A stretch of DNA of 8,986 nucleotides from Kerstersia gyiorum (GCF_004216755.1 NZ_SGWZ01000004.1:148158-157143), one strand, 5' to 3'. Positions 1 to 6,658 are shown, counted from the first letter of the stretch. The notes: a model not told the origin generated them from the letters alone. Translations and numbers: made by a program.

Positions 1-1
1 C

Positions 2-1984
2 AAGACGACGGCTGCCAACGGCATCGAGATCGAACTGGCGAAGAACCTGGACCTGGGCAGCGCCGGCAGCATCAAGCTGGGTGATACGACGGTCAACAAT
101 GGCGGCCTGAGCATCGTTGGCGGCCCGAGCGTGACCAAGACCGGCATCAACGCCGGTGGCGCGAAGATCACGAATGTGGCTGCCGGTTCGGACGACACCG
201 ATGCCGTGAACGTGAGCCAGCTCAATGATGTTGCCGCCGTGGCCAACAGTGGCTGGAACCTGAGCGCGGAAGGCGGCAATCAGTCGAACGTGGCGCCGGG
301 TGCAAGCGTGGATCTGTCGTCCTCGGACGGCAACATCGACATCACCAAGGGGGCAGCCGACGGGAACGTGACGTTCGCATTGGCGGATACGCTGGAGCTG
401 GGCACGGTCAATGTCAGCAACAACCTGACGGTGGCAGGCACGACGAACCTGGGCGACAGCACGCTGGTGGTGAACAAGGGCAATGTGACCTACGCACCGA
501 ACACCACGATCAACATGGGTGGCAACAAGATCACCAATGTGGCCGAAGGAACGGATGGCACGGATGCCGTGAACAAGGACCAGCTGGACCGCCTGGCGGA
601 TACCCCGCTGACCTTCGTGGCGGACTCCGGCACGCCGCTGGACCGCAAGCTGGGCCAGCAGGTGGCCTTTACCGGTTCGAACGCCAATCTCAGCACGACG
701 ACCACCGCCAACGGCGTGGAAATCGCGCTGGCTGACGACCTGGACCTGAATAGCGTCAAGACGGGCAATACGCTGATCAACAACAGTGGCGTGCAGGTGG
801 GCCAGAACGTGCACCTGGGCAATACCGGCCTGGTGATCGCGAATGGCCCGAGCGTGACGAACAGCGGCATAGACGCTGGCGACAAGATCATCCAGAACGT
901 GAAGGCCGGCGTGGCCGACACCGACGGGGTGAACGTGAGCCAGTTGAAGGGCGTGGAAAACGTGGCCAATATGGGCTGGAAACTGTCGGCTAATGGCGCG
1001 GACACGACCAATGTCAAGCCGGGCGATACGGTAGACCTGACTGACGCCGATGGCAACATCGTGGTGAAGAAGGGTAGCGCGACCGATCCGCATCAGGTGA
1101 CGTTCGGCCTGTCCGACACCCTGAACCTGGGCACGGTCAACGTCAGCAATAACCTGACGGTGGGCGGTACGACCAACCTGGGTAACAGCACCCTCATCGT
1201 CAAGGAAGGCGATATCAAGGTGGCAGGCGGCACGACGGTCAACATGGGTGGCAACAAGATCACCAATGTGGCCAAGGGCACGGATGGTTCGGACGCAGTC
1301 AACAAGGACCAGCTGGATGAACTGGCTAACACGCCGCTGACCTTCGTGGCGGAATCGGGCGCACCGCTGGATCGCAAGTTGGGTCAGCAAGTGGCCTTCA
1401 CGGGGTCGAACGCCAATATCAGCACGAAGACCACCGCCAATGGCGTGGAAATCGCACTGGCCGACAACCTGGACCTGGGCGCCAATGGCAGCGTGACGAC
1501 GGGTGATACCGTTGTGAACAACGCCGGCGTGAAGGTGGGCGGCGATGTGACCTTGAACAATACCGGTCTCATCATTGCTGGCGGCCCGAGCGTGACCACT
1601 GGCGGCATCAATGCCGGCGACCTGCAGATCACCAATGTGGCAGCCGGTACGGAGAACCACCATGCGGTCAACCTGGGGCAGCTGAAGGACGTCGAAACCA
1701 TTGCCAACACCGGCTGGCAACTGTCGGTCAATGGCGATGCACGCCAGGATCAGAGCCAGGTCAAGCCGGGTGATGTGGTCGACTTCTCGACCGATGACGA
1801 TGGCAACATCATCATCGACAAGACGGGTAACAACGTCGTCGTGAAGATGAGCCGCGACCTGGACCTGGATTCGGTGACTACCGGCCAGACCGTCATGAAC
1901 AATGACGGCGTGAAGGTGGGCAACGATGTGTTCCTGAGCAGTGATGGCCTGCGTGCCGGTAATGTGATCATCTCTGCAGCAACC
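2..1984 (+). repeat. In-frame tandem array of ~240-aa TAA passenger super-modules (coding repeats)
   Basis: Units start at each G-I-(N/D)-A-G. Unit 1 is 143-865 (241 aa), unit 2 is 866-1603 (246 aa), and unit 3 is 1604-1984 (127 aa, first half only). The tail of an earlier unit sits at 2-142. A full unit is: neck motif, AN.GW Trp-ring-like segment, short head-like LTV.GTTNLG segment, second neck motif, then a PLTFVA(D/E)SG.PLDRKLGQQVAFTGSNAN segment. DNA identity is patchy but includes exact matches of 35 nt (510-544 = 1239-1273) and 20 nt (605-624 = 1334-1353), both at offset 729. Confidence 0.85.
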
Positions 1985-3070
1985 GGCATCAATGCCGGCG
2001 GCATGAAGATCACCAACGTCGCGGCAGGTACGGACCTGACAGACGCGGTGAACGTCAGTCAGCTGAAGGACGTCGAGCAGCAGGTCGGCAACCTGGATGA
2101 TCGTGCAGTGAAGTATGACGGTAACGTCGGCGATCCGAAGAGCAAGATCACCCTGGAAGGCGATGTGTCGACGGACGGCGGCAAGACCGGCGGTACCACC
2201 ATCACTAACGTGGCGCGTGGCGAAATTTCCGAGAACAGCACGGATGCTGTCAACGGCAGCCAGATCAAGGAAATGGGCGACAGCATCGCGGAAGGCATGG
2301 GCGGTAACTCGAAGTTCGAGGACGGCAAGCTGGTGACCGAGCTGAACGTGGGCGGCAACACCTACAACAATGTCAATGATGCGTTGAACGGCGTGAACAA
2401 CGAGCTCAACACGAAGATCGACAATGTTGCGGAAGTGGCCAATGCCGGCTGGCAGATCGACACCAACGGTGAGGGTTCCAGCAAGGTTGCTCCGGGCAAG
2501 ACGGTCAACTTCGTTGGCGGCAGCAATATCGAGATCTCTCGTGAAACCACGGCTGACGGCAACAACAATGTGACCGTGGGCCTGGCCAAGGACATCACTG
2601 TGGATTCCGTGACGGCCACGACCGTGACGGCGGATACGGTGAATGCCAAGGAAGTGGTGATCGAGAACGGTCCGGTCCTGAACCAGAACGGCATCGACAT
2701 GCGTGACCAGCGCATCGTCAACGTCGCGGCTGGCCAGGCGCCCAACGACGCAGTGAACGTGAGTCAGTTGGAAGCGGCAACCGGCAATCTGCAGAACCAG
2801 GTCAACAGCGTGCGCGGCGACCTGCACAAGCTCGACAACAAGCTGAGCGCAGGTGTCGCGGCCGCCATGGCGACCGCAGGCCTGCCGCAGGCTTACCTGC
2901 CGGGCAAGAGCATGGCTGCGATTGCTGGTGGTACCTGGAATGGGGAATCCGGCTTTGCCATCGGTGTCTCGACGATTTCCGACAATGGCAAGTGGGTGAT
3001 GAAGCTGTCTGGCAATACCAGCTCGCGCGGTGACTTCGGTGGCGCGGTTGGTGTGGGTTACCAGTGGTAA
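2..3070 (+). CDS. Trimeric autotransporter adhesin (YadA/Hia/AtaA family), C-terminal portion; 5' end lies outside the window
   Basis: The frame is open from nt 2 with no stop. The 43 codons upstream of the ORF-track GTG at 131 (KTTAANGIEIELAKNLDLGSAGSIKLGDTTVNNGGLSIVGGPS) align with the tail of the internal repeat unit, so 131 is not a real start. Eight neck/HIM-type motifs I.NV.AG...DAVN..QL lie at 167-223, 530-586, 890-946, 1259-1315, 1628-1684, 2009-2065, 2201-2266 (expanded to 22 aa) and 2714-2770. There are four Trp-ring-like AN.GW motifs. The C-terminus is a coiled coil plus a YadA-type membrane anchor ending GVGYQW, with TAA stop at 3068-3070. Confidence 0.93.
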   Translation, partial: KTTAANGIEIELAKNLDLGSAGSIKLGDTTVNNGGLSIVGGPSVTKTGINAGGAKITNVAAGSDDTDAVNVSQLNDVAAVANSGWNLSAEGGNQSNVAPGASVDLSSSDGNIDITKGAADGNVTFALADTLELGTVNVSNNLTVAGTTNLGDSTLVVNKGNVTYAPNTTINMGGNKITNVAEGTDGTDAVNKDQLDRLADTPLTFVADSGTPLDRKLGQQVAFTGSNANLSTTTTANGVEIALADDLDLNSVKTGNTLINNSGVQVGQNVHLGNTGLVIANGPSVTNSGIDAGDKIIQNVKAGVADTDGVNVSQLKGVENVANMGWKLSANGADTTNVKPGDTVDLTDADGNIVVKKGSATDPHQVTFGLSDTLNLGTVNVSNNLTVGGTTNLGNSTLIVKEGDIKVAGGTTVNMGGNKITNVAKGTDGSDAVNKDQLDELANTPLTFVAESGAPLDRKLGQQVAFTGSNANISTKTTANGVEIALADNLDLGANGSVTTGDTVVNNAGVKVGGDVTLNNTGLIIAGGPSVTTGGINAGDLQITNVAAGTENHHAVNLGQLKDVETIANTGWQLSVNGDARQDQSQVKPGDVVDFSTDDDGNIIIDKTGNNVVVKMSRDLDLDSVTTGQTVMNNDGVKVGNDVFLSSDGLRAGNVIISAATGINAGGMKITNVAAGTDLTDAVNVSQLKDVEQQVGNLDDRAVKYDGNVGDPKSKITLEGDVSTDGGKTGGTTITNVARGEISENSTDAVNGSQIKEMGDSIAEGMGGNSKFEDGKLVTELNVGGNTYNNVNDALNGVNNELNTKIDNVAEVANAGWQIDTNGEGSSKVAPGKTVNFVGGSNIEISRETTADGNNNVTVGLAKDITVDSVTATTVTADTVNAKEVVIENGPVLNQNGIDMRDQRIVNVAAGQAPNDAVNVSQLEAATGNLQNQVNSVRGDLHKLDNKLSAGVAAAMATAGLPQAYLPGKSMAAIAGGTWNGESGFAIGVSTISDNGKWVMKLSGNTSSRGDFGGAVGVGYQW
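2843..3067 (+). other. YadA-like C-terminal outer-membrane anchor (translocator) domain of the TAA
   Basis: The last 75 aa are LSAGVAAAMATAGLPQAYLPGKSMAAIAGGTWNGESGFAIGVSTISDNGKWVMKLSGNTSSRGDFGGAVGVGYQW. This shows the characteristic helix followed by four Gly/aromatic-rich beta strands and a terminal aromatic residue. It is preceded by a heptad-like coiled coil (LEAATGNLQNQVNSVRGDLHKLDNKL, about 2771-2842). Confidence 0.9.
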
Positions 3071-3092
3071 TCACTGCCGGTTGAGCTTCGAG

Positions 3093-3146
3093 TGCTCCCG
3101 GCTGCGGCCGGGAGCATGCACCGGCAGGCGAGCATGCCTGCCGGTG
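3093..3146 (+). terminator. Two back-to-back perfect 10-bp GC-rich hairpins after the TAA stop (possible attenuator or mRNA 3'-end stabiliser; no U-tract)
   Basis: Hairpin 1 pairs 3093-3102 (tgctcccggc) with 3107-3116 (gccgggagca), loop tgcg. Hairpin 2 pairs 3119-3128 (caccggcagg) with 3137-3146 (cctgccggtg), with an 8-nt loop. All 20 base pairs were checked by hand. No T-run follows, so this is not a canonical intrinsic terminator. Confidence 0.4.
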
Positions 3147-3186
3147 GATCACCTCCAGACTTCCCGAATTTCAAAGGATATTTTTC

Positions 3187-3987
3187 ATGAAGATCGTTTC
3201 TAACCGCCGTGCGCTGTGGGCAGCGCCCCTGGCCGCCGCCGTGCTGCTGGCCGGCTGCGGCACCTTGAGTAACGTCGATCGCGATGGCAAGACCGACGAA
3301 CCGGTATTCCCGGAAGCAGAGAAGGTAACGCTTCATACCGGCACTTTTCCCAACCTGGCCGACTTGAACCAGGTGCAGGATGGCGTGACGCGCGACCAGA
3401 TCTATGACTTGCTGGGCCGCCCGCATTTCGCCGAAGGTTTCCAGGTGCGTGAGTGGGATTATCTGTTCCACTTCCGTACCGCCGAAGGCATCAAAACCTG
3501 CCAATTCAAGATTCTGTTTGATTCTGACAAGGTGGCGCGCAGCTTCTACTGGGCGCCTGAGGATTGCCGTCCCCAGGCTGACGCGACGCCGTCGCCTGCG
3601 CCTGTCGTCGTGGCGCCGCAGAAGTATTCGCTGGGCAGCGACGTCGGTTTTGCCTTCGGCAGCGCGACGCTGACGGCGGCCGGCAGCAGCCGCATCGCGG
3701 AAATCGCCCGTGAGCTGAAGCAACAGAAAACCATTGATCAGCTGGAAGTGGTGGGTCATACCGATCGTATTGGCAGCGTGGCCTCCAATGACCTGCTGTC
3801 GCAGCGCCGTGCGGACGCGGTGCGCCACGAATTGGTCGCCAACGGCATTCCGGCCGTCAATATCCGTGCCTACGGCTATGGTCCGCGCCAACCGCTGGTG
3901 CAGTGCGATCAGGACAACCGTGCAGAACTGATCTCTTGCCTGGCGCCGAACCGCCGAGTGGATATCCAGGCCAGCGGTATCCGTTGA
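3187..3987 (+). CDS. Outer-membrane lipoprotein with BamE(SmpA/OmlA)-like N-domain and OmpA_C-like peptidoglycan-binding C-domain; TpgA-like TAA partner
   Basis: SD AAGGA at 3174-3178, 8 nt before the ATG. Signal peptide MKIVSNRRALWAAPLAAAVLLAG|C with lipobox Cys24 (3256-3258). BamE-like pattern GVTRDQIYDLLGRPHF..REWDYLFHF..KILFDSDKVARSFYW, then a Pro/Ala linker (PSPAPVVVAP). The OmpA-like domain has F.FGSATL, GHTDRIGS, NDLLSQRRADAV and C...ELISCLAPNRRVDIQ. The gene lies directly downstream of a TAA gene. Confidence 0.85.
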   Translation: MKIVSNRRALWAAPLAAAVLLAGCGTLSNVDRDGKTDEPVFPEAEKVTLHTGTFPNLADLNQVQDGVTRDQIYDLLGRPHFAEGFQVREWDYLFHFRTAEGIKTCQFKILFDSDKVARSFYWAPEDCRPQADATPSPAPVVVAPQKYSLGSDVGFAFGSATLTAAGSSRIAEIARELKQQKTIDQLEVVGHTDRIGSVASNDLLSQRRADAVRHELVANGIPAVNIRAYGYGPRQPLVQCDQDNRAELISCLAPNRRVDIQASGIR

Positions 3988-3999
3988 GGCCGCGAAGCG

Positions 4000-4039
4000 C
4001 AGCCGGCGCAGCCATGATGGTCTGCAGCCGCGCCGGCTG
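4000..4039 (+). other. 10-bp GC-rich hairpin 13 nt after the stop of the OmpA-like gene (no U-tract)
   Basis: cagccggcgc (4000-4009) pairs perfectly with gcgccggctg (4030-4039), with a 20-nt loop. No T-run follows. Confidence 0.35.
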
Positions 4040-4081
4040 TCCTGCTGGAATCAACAGAAAACAGTCTCAGTGATGTATGGG

Positions 4082-4130
4082 CGGAAGCAACGGCATCGAG
4101 CAGGTCGCCGGTGGCTTCCGTTTCTTTTTT
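4082..4130 (+). terminator. Rho-independent terminator closing the TAA/OmpA-like transcription unit
   Basis: The stem cggaagc (4082-4088) pairs with gcttccg (4114-4120). It extends inward imperfectly (4090-4094 with 4107-4112, one mismatch and one bulge). It is followed immediately by tttctttttt (4121-4130, 9 of 10 T). Confidence 0.6.
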
Positions 4131-4205
4131 CCGGCAACGGAATTGAACAGAATTTTTTGCGGCTCGCGTTGAGGCGCCTGCCGTGTCAATCAGTGGAGTC
4201 TAGCG

Positions 4206-4793
4206 ATGACGATGGCGATGAAAACGATTTTTTCCAAGCGAGCGGCCTGCCGTGGCCTGACGGTGCTGGGTGCTGTGTTGCTGGCCGCCTGCCAGCAGAC
4301 CGCTCCGGTGCGTCAGGACGCGCAGCCGGATGCCGCCCAGCAGGCGGCAGCACAGCAACAACAGCAGCAGGCTGCCAGGGCAGCGGCCCAGGCGCCGGCA
4401 GCCAATAGCGCGCCTGCCGTCAGCTTCTTCCTGGCACAGGCCCAGCCTGCGGAAGGGCTGTCCGAGGTCGTGCTGAACCCGAATACCCGCCTGTATGCCT
4501 TGCCGCAACCAGTGTTTACACAGCAAGATCTGCAGCAGGTCCTGCCGGTGCGCAACAATCAGGGCCAGGTGTTTCTGCGTTTCGACTTCAATGAGCAGGG
4601 CGCGCAGAAGCTGGCAACGGTGACCAGCCGGGCGCAAGGCAACTACCTGATCCTCAGCATGCGCGACCAGATTGTGGCAGTGCCGCAGATCAATGCCGTT
4701 TACGACCAGGGATTCCTGCCGGTTCCGGTGCAGAGCGCCGAAGCTGCGCAGGCCATGCTGCAACTGCTGCGTCCCGCAGCGGCCCAGCAGTAA
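4206..4793 (+). CDS. Small lipoprotein of unknown function: Gln/Ala-rich low-complexity linker plus a C-terminal domain with possible SecD P1-head-like pattern
   Basis: GGAG at 4194-4197, 8 nt before ATG 4206 (in-frame alternative ATGs at 4212 and 4218). Signal peptide ...GLTVLGAVLLAA|C with lipobox Cys29 (4290-4292) and Gln at +2. Linker QDAQPDAAQQAAAQQQQQQAARAAAQAPAANSAPA. The C-terminal ~115 aa include VFLRFDFNEQGAQKLATVTSRAQGNYLILSMRDQIVAVPQINAVYDQGFLPVPVQSAEAAQAMLQLL. High third-position GC supports coding in this frame. Confidence 0.75.
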   Translation: MTMAMKTIFSKRAACRGLTVLGAVLLAACQQTAPVRQDAQPDAAQQAAAQQQQQQAARAAAQAPAANSAPAVSFFLAQAQPAEGLSEVVLNPNTRLYALPQPVFTQQDLQQVLPVRNNQGQVFLRFDFNEQGAQKLATVTSRAQGNYLILSMRDQIVAVPQINAVYDQGFLPVPVQSAEAAQAMLQLLRPAAAQQ

Positions 4794-4824
4794 GCCGTTG
4801 CTGCGCTGACGGGGGAAATCTTGC

Positions 4825-5541
4825 CTATTCGCGTGTGCTGGGGCTCCAGAAGGCCTGGCGCACGCCGTGCACCGCAGCCAGGCGCTGCACCAGTGTATCG
4901 AGGATTTTTCCGTCTACCGAAGTCGAGGCCAGCGTGGCCTCGATTTTGACTTCATCCTGCCCGAAAGGCTCGATTTCCAGTTCCTGCTTCGGGAAGCTGC
5001 AGCGTGCCAGTTCATCCTTGAGATGCTGCATGACGTGCTTCTGGTGGGCACGGTCGACGATCATTTGTAGCGAATTGGTGACTTCCACGGATTCGGTATC
5101 GAGCGGCTGCCGGTTGATGGAGTCGACGACCGGGCGCAACAGTGTGTTGGCCGCCAGGACGAAGACCGTGCCCAAGATCGCTTCGATCAGCAGGTCCGAG
5201 CCTGCAGCTGCGCCGACGGCGGCCGAACCCCACAATGTTGCCGCGGTATTGAGCCCGCGTACATTGCCTTCTTCGCGCATGATGACGCCTGCGCCCAGGA
5301 AACCGACACCCGAAACCACGTAGGCGATGACGCGTACTGCGCCGTCCGCGTCGTGCAGCCGGAACGCCACGTCAACGAATAATGCCGCGCCGACCGCAAC
5401 CAGGACATTGGTGCGCAATCCGGCGGTGCGCTGGCGGTACTGGCGTTCGATCCCTATGATGCTGCCCAGGATGAAGGCAGCACTCAGGCTGACCAGGGTA
5501 TCGAGCAGGGAAGGCAGGTTGATATTCTGAATGGCGTTCAT
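4825..5541 (-). CDS. mgtC: MgtC/SapB-family membrane protein (N-terminal 5-TM MgtC domain plus C-terminal ACT-like domain)
   Basis: The N-terminus has the family signature LGSIIGIERQYRQRTAGLRTNVLVAVGAALF...GVGFLGAGVIMREEGNVRGLNTAATLWGSAAVGAAAG. It is followed by a soluble ~95-aa tail of alternating beta/alpha character, as in MgtC C-domains. TAG stop at 4825-4827. Confidence 0.9.
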   Translation of the reverse strand: MNAIQNINLPSLLDTLVSLSAAFILGSIIGIERQYRQRTAGLRTNVLVAVGAALFVDVAFRLHDADGAVRVIAYVVSGVGFLGAGVIMREEGNVRGLNTAATLWGSAAVGAAAGSDLLIEAILGTVFVLAANTLLRPVVDSINRQPLDTESVEVTNSLQMIVDRAHQKHVMQHLKDELARCSFPKQELEIEPFGQDEVKIEATLASTSVDGKILDTLVQRLAAVHGVRQAFWSPSTRE

Positions 5542-5669
5542 GGTTTCCGTCTGGGGCTCTCTTTACGGCGCCTGCTCAGGTGCCTGTTGGGGCGCACTTG
5601 CTGGCAAGCATGGCGCGATTCTAGCCGCAGCGCATGTTGCCCATGTTGCAGCCGGCTGACATCCTCCAT

Positions 5670-6614
5670 CTAGGCCTGCGGAGTGCGCTCGGTTGTGCCG
5701 GCGCTGCCTTGCGGCGGGATATGGAAGCGGTCGTTGCCGTTGTCAGGGCAAACCAGCTGGCGCAAGGTCGGCAGCAATGGCGACGGGTTGTTTGCCCGAT
5801 ACGCCATGATCAGGTCGATTTCCGGGGCATTGTTTTCGAACTGGCGCACGCACACGGAATGTCCGGCCATTGTGGCGGCATAGGCGGGCAGCAGGGCATA
5901 GCCTATCCCGGCACCCACGAGATTCACGTTCAACAGAATGTTGGAGGCCTGCTGGACGATGGGGCTCCTGACGCCATGACGTTCCAGAAAGGTTTCCACC
6001 AGGTCGTACAGCGGCCGGGTGAATGCCGGATCGGAAGCAATGCGCGGCTCGCCGTCCAGCATCTGCGGCGTGATCCGGCGCATGGCGGAAAGTGGATGGC
6101 TGGCGGGCAGAAAGACCTGCAGCGGTTCGGTATAGACCAGATGAGTGACCAGTTCGCTGGATTGCAGCGGCGGGCGCAGGAAGGCGACGTCGATATCGCC
6201 GCGTAGCAGCGCCGGTTCCTGTTCGTCGTTGATCAGGCTGTGCAGGCTGATGTTCAAGGTCGGATAGTGCATGCGCAGCTCTGGCAGGATGGACGGAAAG
6301 ATCCGGATCTCTGCTGATGGCACAAAACATATCTTCAGGGTCTGTTCGGTGTGCCGGCCAGCGCGGCGGGCGCGGGTGACGGCATTGTCTACCTGCATCA
6401 GCGCCTGGCGCGCCTCGGTCAGGAAAACTTTGCCGACCTCGGTCAGTTCGACGCGCCGTTTAGTGCGCTCGAGCAGTGGGAATCCGATCTCTTCTTCCAG
6501 GTGGATGATTTGCTGGCTCAGTGAAGGCTGGGAGGTGTGTAGTCGTTGTGCGGCGCGAGTGAAGCTCAATTCCTCAGCCACGGCAATGAAATATCTTAGA
6601 TGTCTTAGTTCCAT
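5670..6614 (-). CDS. hcaR: LysR-type transcriptional regulator, probable HcaR (divergent from hcaEFC)
   Basis: Canonical LTTR winged-HTH N-terminus MELRHLRYFIAVAEELSFTRAAQRLHTSQPSLSQQIIHLEEEIGFPLLERTKRRVELTEVG, plus a ~200-aa effector-binding domain. It is transcribed divergently from the hca dioxygenase genes across a 134-bp gap, as hcaR is in E. coli. Assignment to the LysR family is firm. The HcaR name rests on synteny only (about 0.6). Confidence 0.85.
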   Translation of the reverse strand: MELRHLRYFIAVAEELSFTRAAQRLHTSQPSLSQQIIHLEEEIGFPLLERTKRRVELTEVGKVFLTEARQALMQVDNAVTRARRAGRHTEQTLKICFVPSAEIRIFPSILPELRMHYPTLNISLHSLINDEQEPALLRGDIDVAFLRPPLQSSELVTHLVYTEPLQVFLPASHPLSAMRRITPQMLDGEPRIASDPAFTRPLYDLVETFLERHGVRSPIVQQASNILLNVNLVGAGIGYALLPAYAATMAGHSVCVRQFENNAPEIDLIMAYRANNPSPLLPTLRQLVCPDNGNDRFHIPPQGSAGTTERTPQA

Positions 6615-6629
6615 GGCTGTATTAATAGG

Positions 6630-6642
6630 TTATGCGTCTTAA
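6630..6642. promoter_or_regulatory. Candidate LTTR recognition box, T-N11-A with dyad TTA-N7-TAA
   Basis: TTATGCGTCTTAA at 6630-6642. It is nested in a larger interrupted dyad, TATTAA (6620-6625) / TTAATA (6639-6644). Its centre is about 60 bp upstream of the predicted hca transcription start, the classical position of an LTTR recognition site. The region is AT-rich, so a chance occurrence is plausible. Confidence 0.35.
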
Positions 6643-6658
6643 TAGAGATGAAACAACT

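Noticed and set aside
143-1984. Regularly spaced repeats as a possible CRISPR array or mobile-element repeats
   Set aside because: The period is about 729 bp, the repeats are in frame and diverge at synonymous and conservative sites, and they encode recognisable TAA domains. They are coding domain repeats, not CRISPR or IS repeats.
131-3070. GTG at 131 as the start codon of a 979-aa adhesin (ORF-track call)
   Set aside because: The same frame stays open back to nt 2. The upstream 43 codons are clearly homologous to the end of the internal repeat unit. There is no signal peptide or SD at 131. The gene is 5'-truncated by the window.
3058-3891. 277-aa minus-strand ORF opposite the OmpA-like lipoprotein gene
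   Set aside because: It is antisense to a gene with clear lipobox, BamE-like and OmpA-like motifs. It contains an RRRRRRR run and no known domain signature.
4353-4370. CAG/CAA run (Q6) in the lipoprotein gene as a phase-variable simple-sequence repeat
   Set aside because: It has only six codons of mixed CAG/CAA. Slippage by repeat units would stay in frame, so it cannot act as an on/off switch. It is more likely just a low-complexity linker.
4070-4408. 112-aa ORF starting in the intergenic region and running into the lipoprotein gene in another frame
   Set aside because: It reads straight through the intrinsic terminator (4082-4130). It has no SD and an Arg/Gly/Ala-rich composition. It overlaps a better-supported lipoprotein frame.
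4775-4805. Possible bidirectional terminator between the convergent lipoprotein and mgtC genes
   Set aside because: Only a 6-bp stem (cgcagc/gctgcg) with a 19-nt loop, partly inside the coding sequence, and no flanking T/A tracts. This is too weak to call.
5634-6330. 190-aa plus-strand and 195-aa minus-strand (alternative frame) ORFs overlapping the LysR gene
   Set aside because: The 314-aa minus-strand frame carries an unmistakable LTTR HTH and effector domain. The other frames are compositionally biased shadows.
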